Of a stretch of DNA of 64,000 nucleotides, positions 1 through 8,653 are shown in pieces (positions within the stretch are counted from its first letter, which is position 1; each line of letters opens with the position of its first letter). The DNA is from an uncultured Acidimicrobiales bacterium (GTDB taxonomy: Bacteria; Actinomycetota; Acidimicrobiia; Acidimicrobiales; CATQHL01). Below the pieces are notes generated by a model that worked only from the letters and a program-made list of their open reading frames with translations, had not been told where the DNA came from and searched no databases. The translations under genes and the position numbers were made by a program. The stretch spans positions 1,249,753 to 1,313,752 of the forward strand of contig CATQHL010000001.1 of the NCBI GenBank assembly GCA_958295925.1, given 5' to 3'.

Positions 1-1035
1 GCGTGTCGGGGGTGCCCTCGTAGATGACAGAGGTGGCGCCGTTGGCGAGCGGCCCGTAGACGATGTAGCTGTGCCCTGTCACCCAGCCGATGTCGGCGGC
101 GCACCAGTAGACGTCCTCGGAGGGGTGGAGGTCGAACACATGGCGATGCGTGAACGCCGCCTGGGTCAGGTACCCGCCCGAGGTGTGCATGATGCCCTTG
201 GGTTTGGCGGTGGTGCCCGATGTGTACAGCAGGTAGAGCAGGTGTTCGCTGTCGAAGGCTTCCGGCGGGTCGTCGGAGGGGTCGGCTTCTGCCATCAGAT
301 CGTGCCAGTAAAGGTCGCGCCCCTCCTGCATGCTTATTTCCAGATCGCAGCGGTTGACCACCACCACGTGCTCAACCGAAGGTGCCGCCCCTGCGGCGAG
401 TGCGGTGTCCACGTTTGCCTTCAGCGGGCTGGGGGCTCCCCGCCTGTAGCCGCCATCGGCGGTTATCACCAGTCGCACGGCCGCGTCGGCGCAGCGGTCG
501 GCGATGGAGTCGGGGGAGAAGCCGCCGAAGATAACAGAGTGCGCCACCCCCATGCGCGCGCAGGCGAGCATGGCCACAGGCAACTCCAGAATCATCGGCA
601 TGTAGATAGCCACCCTGTCGCCGGCACGCATTCCCAGCGAGGAGAGCACCGCAGCAAAGCGGCGCACCTCTTCGAGGAGTTCGGCGTAAGTGATTGTTTG
701 GGTGTCGCCCGGCTCGCCTTCCCAGTGGTAGGCCACCCTGCCTCCTAGGCCGGCTGCCACGTGGCGGTCGAGGCAGTTGTATGCAACGTTCAGCCTCCCC
801 CCCACGAACCAGCGGGCGTCGGGGGCTTCCCAGCTCAGCGTGGTGTGAAAGTCCTCTTCCCAGTTCAGCATCTCCCGCGCCTGGCGAGCCCAGAAAGCCT
901 CGTAGTCGGCGGCGGCTTCCTCGTATAGGGAGTTGTCGCTTGTTAGGGCGACGGCGCTGAACTCTCCGGCGGGCGGGAAGGTGCGGTCTTCGCTGGAGAG
1001 TTCGTCAATGGCGGGCTCTGAAGTGTGCGGCGTCA
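1..1035 (-). CDS. acs: acetyl-CoA synthetase (AMP-forming), N-terminal ~345 codons; 3' end runs off the window
   Basis: Not in the ORF track because it is open at the window edge. My minus-strand translation from ATG 1035..1033 gives MTPHTSEPAIDELS...LLYLLYTSGTTAKPKGIMHTSGGY...EDVYWCAADIGWVTGHSYIVYGPLANGATSVIYEGTPD. That includes the AMP-binding signature and the Acs-typical ADxGWxTGHSY block. The + strand ORF 71..748 is an antisense high-GC artefact. Confidence 0.9.
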
Positions 1036-1239
1036 TTGTCTCCTCGCTTGTCGGGGTGGGCGGGGGTTCTTGTGGGTGTGTGGTCGTCGCTGGGCGGCTG
1101 CGGCGGGCAGGGGCCTGGGCGACGGGGTTGGCGGTTGAGCCTAGTGCGGGCTTCGCTCATTGATTTATGTGGCTGCTTCTGGTTCGTTATTTGTGGAATT
1201 GCGTGGTGTTGTTCGGGGGGTTATTGTCTGGCTTAAGGA

Positions 1240-1275
1240 TTTCGGCACTACATGAATTTTCGGCGCTACATGAAT
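1240..1275. repeat. 18-bp tandem direct repeat (2 units, 1 mismatch) abutting the RBS of the large lipoprotein gene
   Basis: tttcggcActacatgaat (1240-1257) is followed directly by tttcggcGctacatgaat (1258-1275), then AAGGAG (1276-1281) and ATG 1287. The paralogous upstream region of the second copy (~5570-5590) has only one tttcggcgct unit. Confidence 0.8.
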
Positions 1276-1280
1276 AAGGA

Positions 1281-4200
1281 GTGCTCATGATCTTCAGGCT
1301 GCTGGGCGTCTTCGTTGGGCTGGCGTTGTTGGCTTCCTCGTGCGCGTCGGGGCCTGGGGGTGGCTTGTCAACCGGGGGGGCGGCTTCGGGGGGCGGGGCC
1401 GGGCCCCTGGCGGGGGCGGGTTTGGCGGAGGGGCCTTCCCCGGGGGCTGGCCCGGCGGCTTCGCTGGCGGCGGCTGAGGGCGCGGTTTCGCTGGTTTTGC
1501 TTGGGGCCGGGGTTGATTCGTTGACGGTGGGCTGGGGCGGCGGCTTCGCCTCCGGCGCCGCTGCGCTGCGGCTGCGTTGGCGGGATCGCCCCCACGAGGA
1601 ACCCGTCGACGACGCCGGCGGCGGCGTGTGGGAGAGCGTCGACCTGCCCGCCTCGGCGCGGTCCTACAAGATCACCGGCCTGGAGCCAGGGGGCCGTTAC
1701 GCGGTGAGGCTCTCCGCCCTCGACGCCGGCGGCAGGGAGACCGCCGCGCTGCGGGGCGGCTTCGGGACGCAGGCCCCGCCGCCAGGCAACCTCACCGCCA
1801 CGCCGCTGGCCCACGACGCTGTCACGCTGCGGTGGTCGCCGCCGGCCGGGTGGTCGCCGACCGGGTACGTGATCCGGTGGAGGCCGCGCGGCGGCGCCGA
1901 CTTCGCCGGGCGGCTGAACACCCCGCCAGGGCGCACCAAGCAGGTCATCGACGGCCTCACGGGAGGGACGCGCTACGTGTTCCGCATCACAGCCCTGACG
2001 CCCGCCCGCCGTGAGACGCCGGCGAGGAGCGCCGGCGCGCGCACCCCCCCGGCGCGCGCCGGGGGGCTCACCTTGAAGGTGGACGCGCCCGCCGAGTGCG
2101 TGACCGGGGAGGGCTCCACACTGAGCATGGTCGACAGGCAACTCCTCTACGAGCAGGCCGAGCGGCTCTGGCCGGAGGGCTCCGAAGGCCCCACCACCGA
2201 GGAGTGGAACACGCTCATGAACTCAGAGGCGGTGCGCAGGAACACCCGGCAGGGCGTCGCCTCAATAACCGTGTCATGGGAGATCAGCGGGGGGACGGCG
2301 CCCTACCAGATCAGCGGCGCCGGCGTCGAGGGCGGCGGCGCGTCGGGCTCAGCCGAGGTCACCTGCGCGAGGGAGGGCGTGAACCTCGACGACCTCGACG
2401 ACGCCGAAGCCGGTGTCGTCGACGCCGGGCCCAAGACGTTCACCCTCACGGCCGCCGACGCCGCCGGCGCGTCCGCCACGGCCACCGTGACCGTGGAGAT
2501 CATCAAACTCGCCGAACCCGGGGCCGTCATCGCATCAGGCAGCACCCACCGCTCAGGCCTGCAATACGCGCAAGTCCCCGAAGGCATGGAAATCGTCTTC
2601 GAAGGCCTCGTCAACGCCACCTACCCGCTGGCGGAACCAGGAGACGCCCCACTGCCACCCTCCACCCGCTTCAGATACCGCCAGGTCACCCCCGGCCCCA
2701 GAGCCACCGAAGTGCAAGTCAACACCATCACCGGCGAGGAAATCGTTCGCTACGTAGTCATGCTCACCACAAGACACGGAACAGCAACCTGGGACAGACA
2801 ACCCAACATGCAACTAACCCCAGAAGAAAACACCCTCTGGAACCAATACTTCAACTCCCTAAACGTTCTGCCACCCATCTTGGCAGAAAGCCAGAGGAAG
2901 ATACCGGAATCCGCTGGAAAAATAGTTGACACTCTAAACAAGTACTTCCCCGGCTGGGAATCGGATGAGGGGTTTGAGGAGTTAATGGATAACCTAGAGA
3001 AACTAGAGGAACTTGGTTACGACATACCCAACTGGGAGCCGCCCCCTTTACAGAATGAGGGAGGCGGAGTCTCCGGCGCGCAAGGGAGAGTCATTTCAAT
3101 CGTCAACTGCCAGCCGATCGACGACTTAATAGCTCTCATTAACAATGTTATACACGCCAGCGAGAGACTTATTCTATCATATGAAAATCTGATTACACAC
3201 CTGAGGGGTGCGCCATCGCCTGCGAATGAAAGACTAATTGCGGAGTATATGGATGGGATTCGTGAAGCAAGGCTTGACATAGCACAACAAATCGAGAGCA
3301 GGAAGGGGATTCGTGCTGCTTCGTGGTGGCGTCCGTATGGCGGGTTGGTTGGTGGTGGGCAGGGGTTGCCGTGTGATTCGTTTGTGAGTGTTCATCCGCG
3401 GTTGTTGGCGGGTGAGTCGTTGACTGTCTGCGTGGCGGGGTCTTCCGGCGACGCTGCTTTGCGGCGGGGTTTGCTTGCCGCTTTGGACGGCGCTGTGCTG
3501 GATTGGAACGACGCGTTGTCGCCCAACCGCGCGGCGCCGGACCGGGGGGCTCTTCCTGGCCTCCCATACGAGGCGCTCAGGGTGGTGAACGACGCCGGCG
3601 GGGAGTGCCCGGCAGGCGTGGACGCCGACATGCGCATCATGGACATGCGCGATGCTGCGTGCGCAGGCTGCGATCTCGCCAACGCTTTCCAGGACATTAG
3701 GGGGAACCCGCCGAGGACAACGGGGACCGGCCTGGTGATTCATTCGTCGGACGCCGCCAACCCTCTTGAGTGGATCGTGCGGCACGAGTTGGGCCATTTC
3801 CTGGGTTTGGGGGACTACAGGCGCGGGTGCTGGCGTCTTGATCACTCGCCGGCGTCCCCGGCGGCCTCGTTGATGAGCTACGGCACCGACCCCTCCTACA
3901 GAGGCCCTGGAGGCGCGTCGGACGCTGCGGGGTGCCGCTCGGAAACGGTCAGCGCGAGGGATTTGTCCGATTTGCATGCGGTGTATCACCCCGACGCCGC
4001 TCCGCGTCAAGCCCTGGAGCGGGTGACCGCGACGCTGCCGGTGGGCGCCGCGAGGCCGCGGTGGATTTTCCGCTGGGACGTCCCGCCAGCAACGGTGACG
4101 CGGCTCTTGAATTACCTGCCAGGGGATTACAACACGTGGTTCAACTCACCGCAGGTGGGGTTGTTCAGGCGTGTTCTGCTGGATCAGTCGAGGTACGTGA

Positions 4201-5369
4201 ACGAGGCAGGCACCTGGGAACTGGTGGCTGCGGCGCCCCCCGGGGTCGGCTGGCTTGCCCTCCAGGTGAGCGAGAACCCGGCGGGAAGGGAGTACATGGC
4301 CGTCGGGCTCACGAGAGGCGACCACATGCGCGACCCTGCCGCGGCAAGCGCCAGCGGCGTCGCCGCCCACGCCACTGTGGGCGCCGCCGGGGTGCTTCCG
4401 GGTGGCGCGTTCCCGGCTCAGGGCTGGACGCTGGGGAGGCTTCCCGCGGCGACGAGGCTGCCCGCCCCGGCCGGCGAGCACGCCGCGCAAGCGTCGCCTT
4501 TTGGTTTCGTGAACTACGGGCTGACCGGGCAGGGGGAGTGGAGGCTCGCGTTCTGGGGCAAGGCCCTGCGAGGCCTCCGGGTCACCCGCGGCGGGCCGGT
4601 GAGCCTCTCCCCCGGGGACATGGTGATTAGCTACGGGCAGGCTTTCACCTCCTTCGCCGACAGCCCCTTCGCCTCATTCCAGCCGCTCACGATCACGCAC
4701 GGCGACACGACCATCACGGCGAGTTCCTGCGACCAGCACTTCTACAACATCGACCGCTACGAATGCTTGGTGCGGGGCGCGTTCACCCCGGACGCGGGCC
4801 GCGTCCCCGTGCGAGTCGACGTCGCCACCACCGATGTCTCCGCCGGGTCCCCGGCGGGTCCCCACGCACTCGCCCTCGACGGCTTCCGCTTCGCCTCCTA
4901 CGGCGAGGAAAACCGGAAATACACCTTCCACGGACAGGACCGGGCGGCCTTCACCCCCACGCACGGCCCCAGGGTGGTCATAGCGTCGGGAGACCTGCTC
5001 ATCAGCAGCGAACAGGCCTTCACCTCGCTCACAGCCGGGCCCTTCGCGGACTTCAAGCCAAGGCGGGTGCGCTACGGAACGCAAACCATCAACGCCTCTG
5101 CGTGCTCGCAGAATTACTGGAACGAAGGCTCCTACCACTGCCTCATCAAGAACGCGTTCACATGGGGAAAAACCACCCCAGCAAAAATCGCCGTCAACGC
5201 CGCACCCCAAACCAGCGGAAACACGAACAGGCCCACAACACCCGCCCCCGCGCCCCCCGCGGCCGAACCGGAACAAACCACAACAACCACCACGCACCCA
5301 GCCACCTGCCCCACCATCCCCCACAAATGCCAACCCCCAGCAGAGAACACCGCAGAAACCCCACCCTAA
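1281..5369 (+). CDS. large secreted lipoprotein: lipobox, 2 fibronectin-III-like domains, Ig-like region, metzincin/snapalysin-like Zn-metalloprotease motif, 2 tandem Cys-containing C-terminal domains, Pro/Thr-rich tail
   Basis: 1362-aa ORF; the likely true start is ATG 1287, 5 nt after AAGGAG. LLGVFVGLALLASSC is a signal peptide with a lipobox Cys. Fn3-like segments are present (SLTVGWGG...YKITGLEPGGRYAVRLSAL and PPPGNLTATPLAHDAVTLRWSPP...GGTRYVFRITAL). HELGHFLGLGD at 3783-3815 fits HExxHxxGxxD and is followed by SLMSYG, a possible Met-turn. Confidence 0.8.
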   Translation: MLMIFRLLGVFVGLALLASSCASGPGGGLSTGGAASGGGAGPLAGAGLAEGPSPGAGPAASLAAAEGAVSLVLLGAGVDSLTVGWGGGFASGAAALRLRWRDRPHEEPVDDAGGGVWESVDLPASARSYKITGLEPGGRYAVRLSALDAGGRETAALRGGFGTQAPPPGNLTATPLAHDAVTLRWSPPAGWSPTGYVIRWRPRGGADFAGRLNTPPGRTKQVIDGLTGGTRYVFRITALTPARRETPARSAGARTPPARAGGLTLKVDAPAECVTGEGSTLSMVDRQLLYEQAERLWPEGSEGPTTEEWNTLMNSEAVRRNTRQGVASITVSWEISGGTAPYQISGAGVEGGGASGSAEVTCAREGVNLDDLDDAEAGVVDAGPKTFTLTAADAAGASATATVTVEIIKLAEPGAVIASGSTHRSGLQYAQVPEGMEIVFEGLVNATYPLAEPGDAPLPPSTRFRYRQVTPGPRATEVQVNTITGEEIVRYVVMLTTRHGTATWDRQPNMQLTPEENTLWNQYFNSLNVLPPILAESQRKIPESAGKIVDTLNKYFPGWESDEGFEELMDNLEKLEELGYDIPNWEPPPLQNEGGGVSGAQGRVISIVNCQPIDDLIALINNVIHASERLILSYENLITHLRGAPSPANERLIAEYMDGIREARLDIAQQIESRKGIRAASWWRPYGGLVGGGQGLPCDSFVSVHPRLLAGESLTVCVAGSSGDAALRRGLLAALDGAVLDWNDALSPNRAAPDRGALPGLPYEALRVVNDAGGECPAGVDADMRIMDMRDAACAGCDLANAFQDIRGNPPRTTGTGLVIHSSDAANPLEWIVRHELGHFLGLGDYRRGCWRLDHSPASPAASLMSYGTDPSYRGPGGASDAAGCRSETVSARDLSDLHAVYHPDAAPRQALERVTATLPVGAARPRWIFRWDVPPATVTRLLNYLPGDYNTWFNSPQVGLFRRVLLDQSRYVNEAGTWELVAAAPPGVGWLALQVSENPAGREYMAVGLTRGDHMRDPAAASASGVAAHATVGAAGVLPGGAFPAQGWTLGRLPAATRLPAPAGEHAAQASPFGFVNYGLTGQGEWRLAFWGKALRGLRVTRGGPVSLSPGDMVISYGQAFTSFADSPFASFQPLTITHGDTTITASSCDQHFYNIDRYECLVRGAFTPDAGRVPVRVDVATTDVSAGSPAGPHALALDGFRFASYGEENRKYTFHGQDRAAFTPTHGPRVVIASGDLLISSEQAFTSLTAGPFADFKPRRVRYGTQTINASACSQNYWNEGSYHCLIKNAFTWGKTTPAKIAVNAAPQTSGNTNRPTTPAPAPPAAEPEQTTTTTTHPATCPTIPHKCQPPAENTAETPP
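1305..2877. repeat. segmental duplication, copy A (1573 bp)
   Basis: All six-frame ORF-track translations in 1305-2877 are reproduced at an offset of +4332, with one difference (C2782 versus T7114). Confidence 0.9.
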
Positions 5370-5594
5370 ACCAACTAAGCCAGCAGTGAAACCACCACGG
5401 CGACAACATATTTCCCCCAAATTCGCCAGGGGCGTGCGGCTAAAGCAGCGCTTCCGAGCGCTCCGCAAGCACATCGTGCTGGCTACGGGCTCCGGTTTGC
5501 GTTGTTGCTGCGGCTCGTCTGTTGTGGTTTTGCGTGGTGTTGTCTTGGGGATTATTGTCTGGTCTAAGGGTTTCGGCGCTTAGGGAGGAATTGG

Positions 5595-7514
5595 GTGCAC
5601 ATGTTTCAAGGGCTGCTGGGCGTCTTCAAGATGTCAGGCGTCTTCGTTGGGCTGGCGTTGTTGGCTTCCTCGTGCGCGTCGGGGCCTGGGGGTGGCTTGT
5701 CAACCGGGGGGGCGGCTTCGGGGGGCGGGGCCGGGCCCCTGGCGGGGGCGGGTTTGGCGGAGGGGCCTTCCCCGGGGGCTGGCCCGGCGGCTTCGCTGGC
5801 GGCGGCTGAGGGCGCGGTTTCGCTGGTTTTGCTTGGGGCCGGGGTTGATTCGTTGACGGTGGGCTGGGGCGGCGGCTTCGCCTCCGGCGCCGCTGCGCTG
5901 CGGCTGCGTTGGCGGGATCGCCCCCACGAGGAACCCGTCGACGACGCCGGCGGCGGCGTGTGGGAGAGCGTCGACCTGCCCGCCTCGGCGCGGTCCTACA
6001 AGATCACCGGCCTGGAGCCAGGGGGCCGTTACGCGGTGAGGCTCTCCGCCCTCGACGCCGGCGGCAGGGAGACCGCCGCGCTGCGGGGCGGCTTCGGGAC
6101 GCAGGCCCCGCCGCCAGGCAACCTCACCGCCACGCCGCTGGCCCACGACGCTGTCACGCTGCGGTGGTCGCCGCCGGCCGGGTGGTCGCCGACCGGGTAC
6201 GTGATCCGGTGGAGGCCGCGCGGCGGCGCCGACTTCGCCGGGCGGCTGAACACCCCGCCAGGGCGCACCAAGCAGGTCATCGACGGCCTCACGGGAGGGA
6301 CGCGCTACGTGTTCCGCATCACAGCCCTGACGCCCGCCCGCCGTGAGACGCCGGCGAGGAGCGCCGGCGCGCGCACCCCCCCGGCGCGCGCCGGGGGGCT
6401 CACCTTGAAGGTGGACGCGCCCGCCGAGTGCGTGACCGGGGAGGGCTCCACACTGAGCATGGTCGACAGGCAACTCCTCTACGAGCAGGCCGAGCGGCTC
6501 TGGCCGGAGGGCTCCGAAGGCCCCACCACCGAGGAGTGGAACACGCTCATGAACTCAGAGGCGGTGCGCAGGAACACCCGGCAGGGCGTCGCCTCAATAA
6601 CCGTGTCATGGGAGATCAGCGGGGGGACGGCGCCCTACCAGATCAGCGGCGCCGGCGTCGAGGGCGGCGGCGCGTCGGGCTCAGCCGAGGTCACCTGCGC
6701 GAGGGAGGGCGTGAACCTCGACGACCTCGACGACGCCGAAGCCGGTGTCGTCGACGCCGGGCCCAAGACGTTCACCCTCACGGCCGCCGACGCCGCCGGC
6801 GCGTCCGCCACGGCCACCGTGACCGTGGAGATCATCAAACTCGCCGAACCCGGGGCCGTCATCGCATCAGGCAGCACCCACCGCTCAGGCCTGCAATACG
6901 CGCAAGTCCCCGAAGGCATGGAAATCGTCTTCGAAGGCCTCGTCAACGCCACCTACCCGCTGGCGGAACCAGGAGACGCCCCACTGCCACCCTCCACCCG
7001 CTTCAGATACCGCCAGGTCACCCCCGGCCCCAGAGCCACCGAAGTGCAAGTCAACACCATCACCGGCGAGGAAATCGTTCGCTACGTAGTCATGCTCACC
7101 ACAAGACACGGAATAGCAACCTGGGACAGACAACCCAACATGCAACTAACCCCAGAAGAAAACACCCTCTGGAACCAATACTTCAACTCCCTAAACGTTC
7201 TGCCACCCAGTTCTTCAGAACTCCTGAGGAGGATACCGGAAATCGTTGGAGACATGATAGACTACAATAATAAGCATCTTCCCGGCTGGGAAATGAGCGA
7301 AAAATTTAGAACAGCTCTAGAGAAACTAGAGGAACTTGGTTACGACATACCCAACTGGGAGCCGCCCCCTTTACAGAATGAGGGAGGCGGCGTCTCCGGC
7401 GCCCCAACACCCCTGCGGCCGAACCAGAACAAACAACAACAACCACCACGCACGCACCCACCTGCACCACCATCCCACACGAATGCCGACCCCCCGCAGA
7501 GAACACCGCAGTGA
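5595..7514 (+). CDS. paralogous lipoprotein lacking the metalloprotease and C-terminal domains (possibly a deletion-derived pseudogene)
   Basis: 639-aa ORF. It has the same lipobox and Fn3/Ig-like N-terminal half as 1281..5369. After LEKLEELGYDIPNWEPPPLQNEGGGVSGA (7317-7403) it jumps to the Pro-rich tail, which is read in a different frame from copy A. About 2.1 kb of copy A (3081-~5230) has no counterpart. Confidence 0.6.
   Translation: MHMFQGLLGVFKMSGVFVGLALLASSCASGPGGGLSTGGAASGGGAGPLAGAGLAEGPSPGAGPAASLAAAEGAVSLVLLGAGVDSLTVGWGGGFASGAAALRLRWRDRPHEEPVDDAGGGVWESVDLPASARSYKITGLEPGGRYAVRLSALDAGGRETAALRGGFGTQAPPPGNLTATPLAHDAVTLRWSPPAGWSPTGYVIRWRPRGGADFAGRLNTPPGRTKQVIDGLTGGTRYVFRITALTPARRETPARSAGARTPPARAGGLTLKVDAPAECVTGEGSTLSMVDRQLLYEQAERLWPEGSEGPTTEEWNTLMNSEAVRRNTRQGVASITVSWEISGGTAPYQISGAGVEGGGASGSAEVTCAREGVNLDDLDDAEAGVVDAGPKTFTLTAADAAGASATATVTVEIIKLAEPGAVIASGSTHRSGLQYAQVPEGMEIVFEGLVNATYPLAEPGDAPLPPSTRFRYRQVTPGPRATEVQVNTITGEEIVRYVVMLTTRHGIATWDRQPNMQLTPEENTLWNQYFNSLNVLPPSSSELLRRIPEIVGDMIDYNNKHLPGWEMSEKFRTALEKLEELGYDIPNWEPPPLQNEGGGVSGAPTPLRPNQNKQQQPPRTHPPAPPSHTNADPPQRTPQ
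5637..7209. repeat. segmental duplication, copy B (1573 bp)
   Basis: Same block as 1305-2877 at offset +4332. The single visible substitution changes Thr to Ile (HGTATW versus HGIATW). Confidence 0.9.
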
Positions 7515-7531
7515 ACCCTCCCTAGGCCAAC

Positions 7532-8653
7532 TCACCGCACATGCCACTCCAGCACAGCGAACGCGCCCAAGCCCGACGGGTCGCACAAAGCCTCAGCCTC
7601 GACAACACGGCTACGGGCCACAACAGCCGCCAAATCCCCGATCCCAGCCCGCTTCCCCCAATTATCCCTGCCCTCCGCAACCATCCTCTCCAAGCCGAGG
7701 CCGCGGAGGTAAGACGCCTGGTCGCTCACCTGCGCACCAGGGTGCGCGCACAGGATTTGATCTAGCGGGACTTCCACAGTGATGTCCTGCAGCCCGGTGT
7801 CAGCAAGCGGGGGGGCTCCCCTTGCCTGAGAGCGGTAGGTACGCAGCCACTCGCCTTGCGGGCGGGCCGCCAGCGAAGAGGTGACGTCGGCGTAGTCGAC
7901 AACGATCAACCTGCCTGCGTGGAGCAGATCGAGCGCGCGCCCGACCCAGCCAACCGCCTCTGCTGCCAGGGGAATTCGAGACCCCTGCGGAGCGTCTGGA
8001 GCCAAGCAATCGGCGAACTCGGCGTCGGCAGACGGCAGCGGCCTGAGGGCTTCCCGCCGACAGGCAGCGAGAGGAAACGCCGCTTCTGCAGCGGGAGGGG
8101 GCGCACTTGTCTTGTTCCATCCGCTGGCGTGCGGACCTTCAGCGACGGCTGCGACCTCTTCCACATAAACCTCGCTCCAACCCTCGAATGTGCGTTCAAA
8201 GAGGCGGGCAGGCAGGTTGTCAAGCAGTTCGTTGGCAATGATTGCGCCGCAAAGCGGACGCTCCGGCAAGTCCGGCAGCGACACCACCTCGGTGACTCCG
8301 CGTTTTGCCGCTAAATCCGCCAGAGAGTCGTGCGCTCGGCGGAGCACTTCCGAGCGCTCCACTAGCACATACCGCAAAACGGGGGCGCAGCGAGGGCGGG
8401 CTGCCATCACCGACCGCGCCAGCGTGCCGGCCCCCGCCCCGGCGTCCACGACGGTGAAGTCCTGCGGGCGACCCAGCTCATCCCAAATCGAGTCGAGCTT
8501 CGAAGCGATCAGGAGGCCAAAAAGAGGTCCAACTTCGGGACTGGTCAGAAAATCGCGCCCGCGGCGACCAGCACCTCTCCCAGCGGTATAGAACCCGCCT
8601 GGCCCATACAAAGCGGTCTCCATGAACTCGTCAAACCGCTGCAGGCACTTCAA
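7532..8653 (-). CDS. SAM-dependent methyltransferase, MidA/NDUFAF7-like (COG1565/DUF185 family)
   Basis: 373-aa ORF. It contains FMETALYGPGGFY, DFLTSPEVGPLFGLLIA and VVDAGAGAGTLARSV (SAM-binding motif I), which matches my recollection of the MidA family layout. Confidence 0.7.
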   Translation of the reverse strand: MKCLQRFDEFMETALYGPGGFYTAGRGAGRRGRDFLTSPEVGPLFGLLIASKLDSIWDELGRPQDFTVVDAGAGAGTLARSVMAARPRCAPVLRYVLVERSEVLRRAHDSLADLAAKRGVTEVVSLPDLPERPLCGAIIANELLDNLPARLFERTFEGWSEVYVEEVAAVAEGPHASGWNKTSAPPPAAEAAFPLAACRREALRPLPSADAEFADCLAPDAPQGSRIPLAAEAVGWVGRALDLLHAGRLIVVDYADVTSSLAARPQGEWLRTYRSQARGAPPLADTGLQDITVEVPLDQILCAHPGAQVSDQASYLRGLGLERMVAEGRDNWGKRAGIGDLAAVVARSRVVEAEALCDPSGLGAFAVLEWHVR

